From: an uncultured Eubacteriales bacterium
GTDB lineage: Bacteria > Bacillota > Clostridia > Oscillospirales > Acutalibacteraceae
NCBI GenBank assembly: GCA_964516565.1
Contig: CAZEXA010000002.1
Location: 1,556-65,555 of the forward strand
Direction of reading: 5' to 3'
DNA length: 64,000 nt
Shown here piece by piece: positions 7,096 through 16,097 of this stretch; position 1 is the stretch's first letter, and each line of letters begins with the position of its first letter. The notes below the pieces were generated by a model, which made no database searches, was not told where the DNA came from, and saw only the letters and a program-made list of their open reading frames with translations. Made by a program: the position numbers and the translations under genes.

Positions 7096-9375
7096 TCAGC
7101 CGGTTACTTCGATGGCACCGTCCACAACGGTCAGCGTGATTTTTTCAACCGGCCTTTCGGTGCTCGCGATAATGATGCCGGCAATTTTGTCCTCAACGTC
7201 CTTACGCAGCGTCCGCCGCAGGTCGCGCGCGCCGCGGCTCCCGCCGTCGCTCTTTTCGGCGATCAGGCGCGTTACGCCCTCGCCCACGACAAGCGTAATG
7301 CCTTTCTCGCTGAGCGGTCCGCGCAGCTCATCAAGAAGCAGTCCCGCGATTTTTTCATAGTCGTCTACCGACAGCTCGTTGAACATGACGATTTCATCGA
7401 CCCTGCCCAAAAACTCCGGGCGCAAAAAGTCTCTGAGCGCCTTCATGGTCTTGTCCTTCGTAACGTCGGCCTTTGATTTGTTGAAGCCAAGCGCGCTCTC
7501 TTTCCGTTCGCTGCCGGCGTTGGAGGTCATGATAATCACGGTGTTCTCAAAGCTGACGGTACGCCCCTGGGCGTCGCTGGTTTTACCCTCGTCAAGAATT
7601 TGCAGCAGGATGTTGAGCACGTCGGGATGCGCCTTTTCGATTTCATCGAATAAAAGGACCGAATACGGCTTCCGACGCACCTTTTCGGTGAGTTGGCCGG
7701 CCTCGTCATAACCGACGTAACCGGGCGGTGAGCCGATGAGGCGCGATACGCTGTGCTTCTCCATAAATTCGGACATATCGAGCCGGATAAGCGTTTCGGG
7801 CGTATCGAACAGCTCGCCGGCAAGGCATTTGACAAGCTCGGTTTTGCCGACGCCCGTGGGACCGACAAAAATGAACGACGCCGGCCGGCGCTGCGGCGAA
7901 ATCTGGACGCGGCTGCGGCGGATGGCCATGGCGACAGCCTCAACGGCTTCGTCCTGTCCGATGATACGGCTTTTCAGTTTTGCCTCAAGGTCGCCCAAAC
8001 GGATGAGATCGCTCTCCATGACCTTTTGAGCGGGAATCCCCGTCCAGAGGTTGATGACCTTAGCAATGTCCTCCTCGGTGACGGCGTTGTCGGCGGCTTT
8101 GGTCTTAAGATCCTTCTGCGTTCCCTCGAGATTCATAATCTCGGCGCGAAGCTTGGCAAGTCCTTCGTAATCAATCTCGCCGTCACCGCCGATCATGTCC
8201 TCCTCGTCCTTTTTCAGCTCGTCGAGCTCGGTGAGAAGCTTTTCATAGTCGCTGATGGACTTGTTGCGCAGATTGGCGCAGGTACACGCCTCATCGAGCA
8301 AGTCAATAGCCTTGTCCGGCAGAAAACGGTCATTGATATACCGCTCGGACAGGACGACCGCCTTGTAGAGCAGCGCGTCCGAGATGGCCACCTTGTGGAA
8401 ATTCTCATAATAGCTCTTGATGCCGAGCAGCATATGATAACAGTCGGCTATTGACGGCTCCTCAACCTTAACAGGTTGGAAGCGCCTTTCCAAAGCGGCG
8501 TCCTTTTCGATGTGCTTTCTGTACTCGGTGAAGGTCGTCGCGCCGATGACCTGAATCTCGCCCCGGGACAGCGCGGGCTTTAATATATTCGCGGCGTTCA
8601 TCGAGCCCTCGGCGTCGCCGGTGCCGACGAGGTTGTGCACCTCGTCGATAAAGAGAATGATGTTGCCCTCGGCTTTAACCTCGTCAATCAGCCCCTTGAT
8701 ACGGCTCTCAAACTGACCGCGGAACTGCGTTCCGGCGACAAGCGCCGTCAAATCCAGCAGATGGATTTCCTTATCGGACAGACGCGCCGGCACTTCGCCG
8801 GAGGCAATCCTTTGCGCCAGTCCTTCGGCGATGGCGGTCTTGCCGACGCCCGGCTCGCCGATGAGGCAGGGATTGTTCTTGGAGCGCCTGCACAAAATCT
8901 GCGTGACGCGGTATATCTCCTTTTCCCTGCCGACGATGGTGTCCAGCTTGCCCTCCCTCGCCTTGCCGGTGAGGTCGGTGCAGTAAAGGTTCAGGAACTT
9001 TCTATCTTTATTTTTACGCTTGTCTTTTTTACGGCGGCCGCTGTTTTCCTCGGGGTTGCCCTCCTCGGTCTCCTCGGCTTCTTGCGAGAGCTTTGCCGGA
9101 TCGTTCATCTGCGCCTGTAAAAACGGCATGGTGCCGGCTCCCCCGGGTTGAAAGCCCTCCATCCCGTTGAACATGTCGGAAAACTGTTCGCTGACGGCAT
9201 CCACCTCATCCTCGGTGATGCCCATATTGGCCATCATCTGCTTGATGGGGCCGATGTTCAAATCGAGGGCGCATTTCATGCAATAGCCCTCTTGTGTTGT
9301 CTGATTGTTTTCGATTTTAGAAACAAAGATTACGGCGGGACGTTTTTTGCACTTACAGCAAATCACTCTGTTCAT
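7096..9375 (-). CDS. clpE: AAA+ Clp/Hsp100 ATPase with an N-terminal zinc finger (ClpE-like)
   Basis: 759 aa. The N-terminus is C6-x2-C9-x22-C32-x2-C35 (CCKCKK...CMKCA) rather than Clp_N repeats. Two NBDs are present (GEPGVGKTA, GPTGVGKTE), with an acidic/basic linker. Confidence 0.8.
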   Translation of the reverse strand: MNRVICCKCKKRPAVIFVSKIENNQTTQEGYCMKCALDLNIGPIKQMMANMGITEDEVDAVSEQFSDMFNGMEGFQPGGAGTMPFLQAQMNDPAKLSQEAEETEEGNPEENSGRRKKDKRKNKDRKFLNLYCTDLTGKAREGKLDTIVGREKEIYRVTQILCRRSKNNPCLIGEPGVGKTAIAEGLAQRIASGEVPARLSDKEIHLLDLTALVAGTQFRGQFESRIKGLIDEVKAEGNIILFIDEVHNLVGTGDAEGSMNAANILKPALSRGEIQVIGATTFTEYRKHIEKDAALERRFQPVKVEEPSIADCYHMLLGIKSYYENFHKVAISDALLYKAVVLSERYINDRFLPDKAIDLLDEACTCANLRNKSISDYEKLLTELDELKKDEEDMIGGDGEIDYEGLAKLRAEIMNLEGTQKDLKTKAADNAVTEEDIAKVINLWTGIPAQKVMESDLIRLGDLEAKLKSRIIGQDEAVEAVAMAIRRSRVQISPQRRPASFIFVGPTGVGKTELVKCLAGELFDTPETLIRLDMSEFMEKHSVSRLIGSPPGYVGYDEAGQLTEKVRRKPYSVLLFDEIEKAHPDVLNILLQILDEGKTSDAQGRTVSFENTVIIMTSNAGSERKESALGFNKSKADVTKDKTMKALRDFLRPEFLGRVDEIVMFNELSVDDYEKIAGLLLDELRGPLSEKGITLVVGEGVTRLIAEKSDGGSRGARDLRRTLRKDVEDKIAGIIIASTERPVEKITLTVVDGAIEVTG

Positions 9376-9387
9376 TCGTATCTCCTG

Positions 9388-10017
9388 TTATTTTTTCTTA
9401 GGCTTCGGTTCGGGGTTCTGCCTTGTGGCAAACTGCTTGATGGTGCCCGGCAAATACCCGAGGAACGCCACGAGCGTCAAAACGGCGGATATGGCGACAA
9501 GGACGACAAGAACCACATCGGGCAAGACAAAATACCGGCTGAACGCACCGAAATCCGGAGCAAACGCGATGAGAATCGTCATAATGGCATAAAAGACGAA
9601 GGTTGCCAGCTTTCCGTAGGATTCGGCGGGACTCGGGCGTAAATTCAAGACTAACAGCGCCGCGCCGCCGATGACCATGATGGCTTCCTTAATTAAGAAT
9701 ATCAGAAAAATCCACGCGAAAGCGACGAGGGTTTTATGAGTGCTGCCATGGAATTTGATGAAGAGCATCACCGCGAGCGTAATCTGCGTCAGCTTGTCCG
9801 CTACGGGGTCGAGAACCTTGCCGAGATCGCTGATCTGATTAAACCGGCGTGCAATTTTACCGTCAAAGGTATCGGTCAGTCCCGATACCAGCAGCACGGA
9901 GACAGCCCAGATATAGTAACCTTTATAAAACAGAACGGCAAAGACCGGCACCAGAGCGATGCGTATCACCGTTAAAAGGTTCGGGATTGTCCAGCAGTTT
10001 TTAAATAGACCCTTCAT
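9388..10017 (-). CDS. pgsA: CDP-alcohol phosphatidyltransferase (phosphatidylglycerophosphate synthase-like)
   Basis: Motif DTFDGKIARRFNQISDLGKVLDPVADK fits D-x2-DG-x2-AR-x8-G-x3-D-x3-D. The start was trimmed to ATG 10017 (MKGLFKN), which has SD AAAGGAAAG. The track ORF begins at GTG 10041. Confidence 0.7.
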   Translation of the reverse strand: MKGLFKNCWTIPNLLTVIRIALVPVFAVLFYKGYYIWAVSVLLVSGLTDTFDGKIARRFNQISDLGKVLDPVADKLTQITLAVMLFIKFHGSTHKTLVAFAWIFLIFLIKEAIMVIGGAALLVLNLRPSPAESYGKLATFVFYAIMTILIAFAPDFGAFSRYFVLPDVVLVVLVAISAVLTLVAFLGYLPGTIKQFATRQNPEPKPKKK

Positions 10018-10050
10018 ATTATCTTTCCTTTCTTCACGCACAAGATACCC

Positions 10051-10788
10051 TTATCCGTCAAATCTGCCGATGACGGGGTTAACATCGTTTACAAGGCTGA
10101 CAACCCGTGATTCTTTGATGGCGTCTTTAACCACGCCGTTTGTGATACCGCTCAGATAATAGAGAGCGGTACAAATTACCAGAATGAAAACGATTCCCTT
10201 AACAACGCCCAAGCACGCTCCGAGCGATTTGTTGGCGCCCTTTAAGACGGGAAGCTTAAACACCTTATTGATAAGCCTTGTCAAAAGCCCGAGCACAATG
10301 CTCGCGACAATAAAAATAATCAAACTGCAGACAGCCGCCATCATGACGATGGCAACGGGACGAATGACCGTTTCGGTAACACTGGACGCGATATTGCCCG
10401 CCGATAAATCGGCCTTCGTCAGTGAGTTTACCAATTTATCAATGCTGATGCCCATGCTCTTACTGAAAGCAATGAGCGTATCCGGCAGCCCGGAGACGAC
10501 CTCCTGTACCTGTTTTAAAGAGTTAGCTGCGGAGGACGCGGTCAGTTTGTCGGCGACGGACTTTTCAATCATTTTCCGCACAAATTTCTCATACAGAAAT
10601 TCCGCTGCCGGACGGCTGAAAAGATAAGCCGCCAAAAATGAAAGCACTGTCGCCGCAAGATCCAGCACAATCTTCCCAAAGCCCTTTTTGGCTGAACGGA
10701 CGACAATAAGTACAAATATCACCAACAGCGCTATGTCGATAACATACGGCACAAAGAATCGTTTCCTTTCATAAATATTTTTCGTCAA
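10051..10788 (-). CDS. cvpA: CvpA-family integral membrane protein
   Basis: 245 aa with several TM helices. The N-terminus IDIALLVIFVLIVVRSAKKGFGKIVLDL is typical of CvpA. Confidence 0.55.
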   Translation of the reverse strand: MTKNIYERKRFFVPYVIDIALLVIFVLIVVRSAKKGFGKIVLDLAATVLSFLAAYLFSRPAAEFLYEKFVRKMIEKSVADKLTASSAANSLKQVQEVVSGLPDTLIAFSKSMGISIDKLVNSLTKADLSAGNIASSVTETVIRPVAIVMMAAVCSLIIFIVASIVLGLLTRLINKVFKLPVLKGANKSLGACLGVVKGIVFILVICTALYYLSGITNGVVKDAIKESRVVSLVNDVNPVIGRFDG

Positions 10789-11942
10789 TCACTGACGGCA
10801 TACTCCCTATTAATTTGACCGAGGGAATACAGGTAGACGTATCGGCTGCTGCCGAAAACCTTTTCGGTTTTGACGGTGAGCGGCATTTGGCTGATACACG
10901 CTCCCTTTAGATTATAAACTAAAACACTGTCCTCGGCAAGTAGGAAAACATATTTTCCGTCAGTGAAAAGATCACTCACGCTCTGCTCTAACTGTACCGA
11001 ACAAAGCTCCTTTCCTTTTTGACCGGTGACAAACAGCTCGCAGAGGTTGCTTCCGCCGTATTTGGTCAGCGCCAGCGCCGTTACGCCGTTTTCCGCAGAT
11101 GACCGGTAACCGAGTTCGGACGAATAAAAGCTTTTGATTTGGGTCAGCTCTTTGAGCCCCTTAAGGGTATATATTCCGCTGTCCGTGAAAATATACAGAA
11201 GCTTGTTCGACAAATAGCGGACAGACAGTACGGTCACCCCGTCAAAGGTATGGGAATACAACTCGTCGCTGTAATCGACACCGAAAACATGAACCGTTGA
11301 TGTTACATCCCCATTTGACGCGCCGACGCTCGCTGCGGCGATATATTTCCCGCTGTCTGACAGCGAAACGGAGATGATGTGTTCGTAGGCGCAGTTGAAA
11401 ATAAAAATTTGCTCTCCCCGTTTGTCCGTGACATACAGGCGGCTTGTCGCCTCATCACAGCGCTCGGATACAGCCGTTTCGCCGTTGTTTCCTCTCTGCA
11501 TGGTCAGAATATTGCCGTCCTTGGCGTTATCCTCTGCGGTAACTTTATAATTTTTAACCGCCATATAGCCGGAGCCGCCTCTGTCAAACACAAGCAGGCA
11601 GCCGTCCCCCGCTGACACCGCGGGTAAGGCAAACGTATGCGTTTTTGTAAGCTTAAGTTCTCCCGCCTCATCGTACATCTTCAGGTCGTTATCCGAAAGG
11701 ACATAAAATCCGCCGCTGCAAGCACCGAGGCTCACAAGATTGTCTGAATCGACCGTCAGCGGAAATTCGCCGCCGTCGTCCCCGAGCACATAAGCGCGTA
11801 TACGCGCCGAAATACCCGTATAAGGCATGGCGCCGAACAACGCTCCGACAACATAGACGACCGCAAAGGCCGCCGCCAGTGCAGCGACAATAACGACAAT
11901 CCTTTTCAGCGTACTCTTCTTTTTTTTGCGCTTTTTACTCAA
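10785..11942 (-). CDS. Hypothetical membrane-anchored protein with a beta-rich (propeller-like) ectodomain
   Basis: 385 aa. The poly-K N-terminus and one TM helix (IVVIVAALAAAFAVVYVV) are followed by a repetitive beta-strand-like region. It overlaps cvpA by 4 nt. Confidence 0.6.
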   Translation of the reverse strand: MSKKRKKKKSTLKRIVVIVAALAAAFAVVYVVGALFGAMPYTGISARIRAYVLGDDGGEFPLTVDSDNLVSLGACSGGFYVLSDNDLKMYDEAGELKLTKTHTFALPAVSAGDGCLLVFDRGGSGYMAVKNYKVTAEDNAKDGNILTMQRGNNGETAVSERCDEATSRLYVTDKRGEQIFIFNCAYEHIISVSLSDSGKYIAAASVGASNGDVTSTVHVFGVDYSDELYSHTFDGVTVLSVRYLSNKLLYIFTDSGIYTLKGLKELTQIKSFYSSELGYRSSAENGVTALALTKYGGSNLCELFVTGQKGKELCSVQLEQSVSDLFTDGKYVFLLAEDSVLVYNLKGACISQMPLTVKTEKVFGSSRYVYLYSLGQINREYAVSD

Positions 11943-11955
11943 GAACGCTCACTTC

Positions 11956-12702
11956 CTACAGCTCAAACTCGTATGTTACCTTATTCAGATACAGCCCCTG
12001 CGGCGGGGCGGTGATTCCGGCGCGTTGGCGCTCTCGGCTCCCGATGATATCCGGTATATCCTGTACGCCGATTTTTCCGCGCGCAACATAGAGCAGCGTT
12101 CCTGCCATGATGCGCACCATGTTGTAAAGAAAGCCGTCGGCCTCCACATAAAACTCTACAAGCGCGCCCCGGCGGGAAACCTCGCTTCTGTAAACGGTGC
12201 GCACTTTTGATTTTACATCGCTTCCCGCGCCGCAGAACGCCGTAAAATCATGTATACCGACAAAATTCCGCGCCGCCCTGTTTAAAAGCTTCTCGTCGAT
12301 AGGGGCGCTTTCGTGAAAGGCACGATTTTGATAAAAAGGATTGCGAAACGGCGCGTTGTGTATCTGATAGATGTATTCCTTTTTAACACAGGAAAACCGA
12401 GCGTTGAAGTCCTCCGGCACTTCCATACAGCGTGTCGCAACAATATCAAAGGGCAGGTAAGTATTCAGCGCGTATACAAACCGGTTTGCGGGGACGCTCG
12501 AGGCGGTTTTCACCGAAAAACAGAACATTTTGGCGTGTACGCCCGCGTCGGTCCGGCTGCAGCCGCTAAGCACCGCACTCTCCCCCGTCACGCGCCAAAA
12601 GGCTTGTCTGACGGTGTCCTGAATGCTCAGGGCATTTTTCTGGCTCTGCCAGCCATGATAGCATGTCCCGTCAAAGGAGAGAACAAACAACAGATTTCTC
12701 AC
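11956..12702 (-). CDS. truA: tRNA pseudouridine(38-40) synthase
   Basis: 248 aa. Motifs FDGTCYHGWQSQKN and CSRTDAGVHA (catalytic Asp). It sits in the canonical position after ecfT. Confidence 0.9.
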   Translation of the reverse strand: MRNLLFVLSFDGTCYHGWQSQKNALSIQDTVRQAFWRVTGESAVLSGCSRTDAGVHAKMFCFSVKTASSVPANRFVYALNTYLPFDIVATRCMEVPEDFNARFSCVKKEYIYQIHNAPFRNPFYQNRAFHESAPIDEKLLNRAARNFVGIHDFTAFCGAGSDVKSKVRTVYRSEVSRRGALVEFYVEADGFLYNMVRIMAGTLLYVARGKIGVQDIPDIIGSRERQRAGITAPPQGLYLNKVTYEFEL

Positions 12703-12711
12703 GGTATCACC

Positions 12712-13527
12712 TCAGACAACATGCGTAAAATACGCATTTAAGGCGAAGATCCCTACAAGCAGCAGCACTGTGCAGGAAACGGCGGCCGCGTCTCTCAGCC
12801 CCATGTGCGGTTGCTTCATGCGCGTGCGCCCTTCGCCCCCCGCGTAGCAGCGGCAGGACATGGCATCGGCAAGCTCGATGGCACGTTTTATGGAGGACAC
12901 AAACAACGGGATAAAAATCGGGAACATCGCCTTAATCCTCTTAATAATTCCGCCCGTGTCGAAGCTCGCGCCCCTTGCCTTTTGAGCGTTCATAATGCGC
13001 TCGATTTCCTCGATAATCGTCGGTATGAACCGGAGGGCTATCGTCATCATCATAGCGAAGGTATGTACCTCTATTTTGAACAGCTTCAAAGGAGAAAGAA
13101 GGCTCTCAATGGCATCGGTCAGCACCGTCGGGGAGGTGGTATAGGTGAGCAGGGAGCTGACAAGAATCAGCGCGAGAATCCGGATGACGATAAACGTCAT
13201 CATAATCAGCCCGCCCGAGGTAATCTGAATGCCCCAGCGGTCAAAGAGCACGTCGCCCTTTTGGATATAGTAGAGCTGCAGCACCGAGGTGACGAGCAGA
13301 ATCGGAATCAGGGGCTTAAAGCTTTTGAGAATGAGCTTCATCGGCAGGCGCGTCAACAGAAACGACAGCAGTACAAACGCCGCAAACAAGCCGAGCGAAT
13401 AGAAATTCTTACAGAAGAAAACAAAGACGAGTACCGCTGTGACGAGTACCAGCTTAATACGCGCGTCGAGCCGGTGGACAAAGGACTCTCCGGGAAAATA
13501 CTGACCGATGGTAATGTCTTTTATCAT
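12712..13527 (-). CDS. ecfT: Energy-coupling factor transporter transmembrane subunit
   Basis: 271 aa, polytopic. It follows two ECF ATPase genes and carries the MNAQKARGA coupling-helix motif. Confidence 0.85.
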   Translation of the reverse strand: MIKDITIGQYFPGESFVHRLDARIKLVLVTAVLVFVFFCKNFYSLGLFAAFVLLSFLLTRLPMKLILKSFKPLIPILLVTSVLQLYYIQKGDVLFDRWGIQITSGGLIMMTFIVIRILALILVSSLLTYTTSPTVLTDAIESLLSPLKLFKIEVHTFAMMMTIALRFIPTIIEEIERIMNAQKARGASFDTGGIIKRIKAMFPIFIPLFVSSIKRAIELADAMSCRCYAGGEGRTRMKQPHMGLRDAAAVSCTVLLLVGIFALNAYFTHVV

Positions 13528-14384
13528 GCGCGCGCCCCCTTAAGTACACAAAGAAGCGCGTCTTTAGCGTCCTCGGCGACGAAAATATCCGTCGGGACAG
13601 GAATACCTTTCGCCTTTAGTTTAAGAAGCAGACGCGTGACCTCGGGGACGTCAAGCCCCATTTCAAGGAGCCGTTCACTCTGCTTAAATACCTCTTTTAC
13701 CGTGTCGTACAGGACGGTTTTTCCGCCGTTCATGACAAGGACACGATCGGCGATGGCGGCAACATCATCCATGTTATGAGAAACAAAGATGACCGTTCTT
13801 CCGGTTTGTTTGTTGTAACGCCGCACCAAATCCACAATTTCACGGCGACCTCTCGGATCAAGTCCGGCGGTCGGCTCGTCGAGAATCAGCACCTCGGGGC
13901 GCATTGCCATGACACCGGCAATCGCCGCACGCCGTTTTTCACCGCCGGATAAATCGAACGGTGATTTTTTCAAATGATGCGTCTGAACGCCTGCGAAAGC
14001 GGCGGCCTCCAGTACACGTTCCTCGATTTCAACCGCGGTCAGCCCCATATTCTTGGGACCGAAGGCGATATCCCGTTCAACAGTTGACTCAAACAGCTGG
14101 TGCTCAGGGTACTGGAAGCAGTAACCCACGCGAAAGCGCGCCGCACGCACGCTCGCTTTATTTCGCCAAATGCTTTCGCCCTCAAGCAGCACATCTCCGG
14201 CGGTGGGTTTTAGTAGACCGTTGAGATGCATGAGCAGCGTACTCTTTCCCGACCCGGTATGCCCGATAACCGACACGAGCTCGCCCTTTTCGAATACAAC
14301 GCTTATGTCGCCCAGCGCCTCGGTTTGAAACGGGGTACCCGCGCCATAGACATATGTTAGATTTTTTACCTCAAGAATGGCCAT
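13524..14384 (-). CDS. ecfA2: ECF transporter ATPase subunit A2
   Basis: Start trimmed to MAILEVKNLTYVYG (ATG 14384). Walker A GHTGSGKST, signature LSGGEKRR, Walker B LILDEPTAGLD. Confidence 0.85.
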   Translation of the reverse strand: MAILEVKNLTYVYGAGTPFQTEALGDISVVFEKGELVSVIGHTGSGKSTLLMHLNGLLKPTAGDVLLEGESIWRNKASVRAARFRVGYCFQYPEHQLFESTVERDIAFGPKNMGLTAVEIEERVLEAAAFAGVQTHHLKKSPFDLSGGEKRRAAIAGVMAMRPEVLILDEPTAGLDPRGRREIVDLVRRYNKQTGRTVIFVSHNMDDVAAIADRVLVMNGGKTVLYDTVKEVFKQSERLLEMGLDVPEVTRLLLKLKAKGIPVPTDIFVAEDAKDALLCVLKGARA

Positions 14385-15231
14385 GCTGTTTCTCCAAAAC
14401 CGCCGCGAACGCCTCGGCAAATTCATCTTCAGTCAAAACGGACATACCGAGCGGTGCGCCGCTCTCACTCAGCATCTGCGAAAGCTCAAGGGGCTTTGGC
14501 AGCTCCAGCCCGATTTCCTTTAAGATATCTCCGTTAGAAAACACCTCGCGCGGCGTGCCGTCTAAACGGATTTCCCCCTCGTCCATAACGAGTACGCGGT
14601 CAGCGTAGACCGCCTCTTTCATATAATGGGTGATGAGGATGACCGTCACGCCGAACGCATCGTTCAAATGGCGGATAGCCGCATAGACCTCGGCGCGCCC
14701 CTTGGGGTCGAGCATAGCAGTGGGCTCGTCAAATACTACGCATTCGGTGCGCATGGCTAAGACTCCGGCTATGGCAACGCGCTGTTTCTGTCCTCCGGAC
14801 AGCTTGTGCGCCTCGTGAGTACGGTATTCGTACATACCGACGGCTTTCAGCGCCTCATCGACACGCTGCCGAATCTCCTGCGGCGGTACGCCGAGATTCT
14901 CCGGCCCGAAGGCGACGTCGTCCTCAACGACGGTTGAAACAATCTGGTTGTCGGGGTTCTGAAACACCATGCCGACGGTCTTGCGGATGGCAATCTCCTG
15001 TAACTCGTCGCTTGTCCTCATTGAGCGCACGGTTACAGCGCCTTTTGTGGGCAAGAGCAGCGCGTTGGTCAGCTTGGCGAGCGTCGATTTCCCCGAGCCG
15101 TTGTGACCGAGAACAACGGTGAATTCTCCCTTGTACAGCGACAGATTGATATCACTTACCGCCGGAGCTTCCCCCTCATCATAGGCATACGACACGTCAT
15201 CAAATTGAATAAGTACTTCTCTGTTTTCCAT
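14371..15231 (-). CDS. ecfA1: ECF transporter ATPase subunit A1
   Basis: Start trimmed to MENREVLIQFDDVSY (ATG 15231), which forms a TGATG junction with the upstream stop. Walker A GHNGSGKST, signature LSGGQKQR, Walker B VVFDEPTAMLD. Confidence 0.85.
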   Translation of the reverse strand: MENREVLIQFDDVSYAYDEGEAPAVSDINLSLYKGEFTVVLGHNGSGKSTLAKLTNALLLPTKGAVTVRSMRTSDELQEIAIRKTVGMVFQNPDNQIVSTVVEDDVAFGPENLGVPPQEIRQRVDEALKAVGMYEYRTHEAHKLSGGQKQRVAIAGVLAMRTECVVFDEPTAMLDPKGRAEVYAAIRHLNDAFGVTVILITHYMKEAVYADRVLVMDEGEIRLDGTPREVFSNGDILKEIGLELPKPLELSQMLSESGAPLGMSVLTEDEFAEAFAAVLEKQHGHS

Positions 15232-16097
15232 CAACTGTTTCTCCAGACCGCGGTTGAACCGCACGGTAACGTCAGCCCCGTCGCCTCGGCTTTCAGACCG
15301 AGCTCGTCGGCAGTAGCCGTTGAACCGAACCGTTCGCCGATGACCGCGTCGAGTATGGCGCTCATCACGCAGGGCGACAGCCCCGCCGTATAGGAACTGA
15401 TAACAAACGCCAAGGGCTTGTCCGACAGTACGTCGGCGCACAGCTTGACAAGCCCGAAAAGCTCGTCCTCAAGCTTCCATATCTCGCCTGAGGGACCGCG
15501 CCCATAGGACGGCGGATCCATCAGAATAATGTCGTATCTGTTGCCGCGGCGGCTTTCGCGGGCAACGAATTTCTGGCAATCGTCGACAATCCAGCGCACC
15601 TTTTTGTCGGCGACGCCGGAAAGCGCGGCGTTTTCCCGCGCCCACGCGACCATGCCCTTGGCGGCGTCAACGTGAACAACCTCGGCACCCGCTTTCAGTG
15701 CGCATACGGTGGCGGCTCCCGTATAGGCAAAGAGATTGAGCACTCTTACGGGGCGTCCGGCGGTTTCAATCATGCTTTTGACCATATCCCAGTTGACTGC
15801 CTGCTCGGGGAAAATCCCGGTGTGCTTGAATCCCATAGGCTTTACCCGAAAGGTTAAATCCCGATACGCAATTTCCCACGCCTCGGGCACCTTTTTATAA
15901 TACTCCCAGCTCCCTCCGCCGGACGACGAACGCACATACCGCGCGTGGGCACTCTTCCAGAGCGGGCTGCGTTTGCCCGTGTCCCAGATGACCTGAGGGT
16001 CGGGACGGATAAGCACAATGTCCCCCCACCTCTCAAGGCGTTCCCCGGAGGTGCAGTCAATCAGCGAGTAATCCTTCCAGTTGTCCGCAGCGCGCAT
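15231..16097 (-). CDS. Class I SAM-dependent (RlmI/YwbD-like) RNA methyltransferase
   Basis: 288 aa. SAM-binding motif VLNLFAYTGAATV and catalytic-region motif IILMDPPSYG. Confidence 0.65.
   Translation of the reverse strand: MRAADNWKDYSLIDCTSGERLERWGDIVLIRPDPQVIWDTGKRSPLWKSAHARYVRSSSGGGSWEYYKKVPEAWEIAYRDLTFRVKPMGFKHTGIFPEQAVNWDMVKSMIETAGRPVRVLNLFAYTGAATVCALKAGAEVVHVDAAKGMVAWARENAALSGVADKKVRWIVDDCQKFVARESRRGNRYDIILMDPPSYGRGPSGEIWKLEDELFGLVKLCADVLSDKPLAFVISSYTAGLSPCVMSAILDAVIGERFGSTATADELGLKAEATGLTLPCGSTAVWRNS

Noticed and set aside
7753-9642. Several + strand ORFs of 160-230 aa (7753..8454, 8635..9120, 9148..9642).
   Set aside because: All lie antisense to clpE/pgsA, have low-complexity sequence and lack SDs. 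They are shadow ORFs.
9860-9880. A CtsR-box-like sequence (cGTCAAAggtatcGGTCAGt) upstream of clpE.
   Set aside because: The heptad spacing does not fit GGTCAAAnanGGTCAAA. It also lies inside the pgsA coding region.
12805-13779. A 324-aa + strand ORF.
   Set aside because: It is antisense to ecfT/ecfA2. It is extremely R/H/Q-rich and implausible as a protein.
15232-15441. The 70-codon N-terminal extension of the ecfA1 ORF (the 356-aa form). Similar 5' extensions occur on the hypC, nuoC-like, nuoI-like, pyrC, pyrD, pyrB and amidohydrolase ORFs.
   Set aside because: The extensions overlap the upstream gene, are Arg-rich nonsense, and are followed by internal starts that have good SDs and canonical family N-termini. 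All these starts were trimmed.
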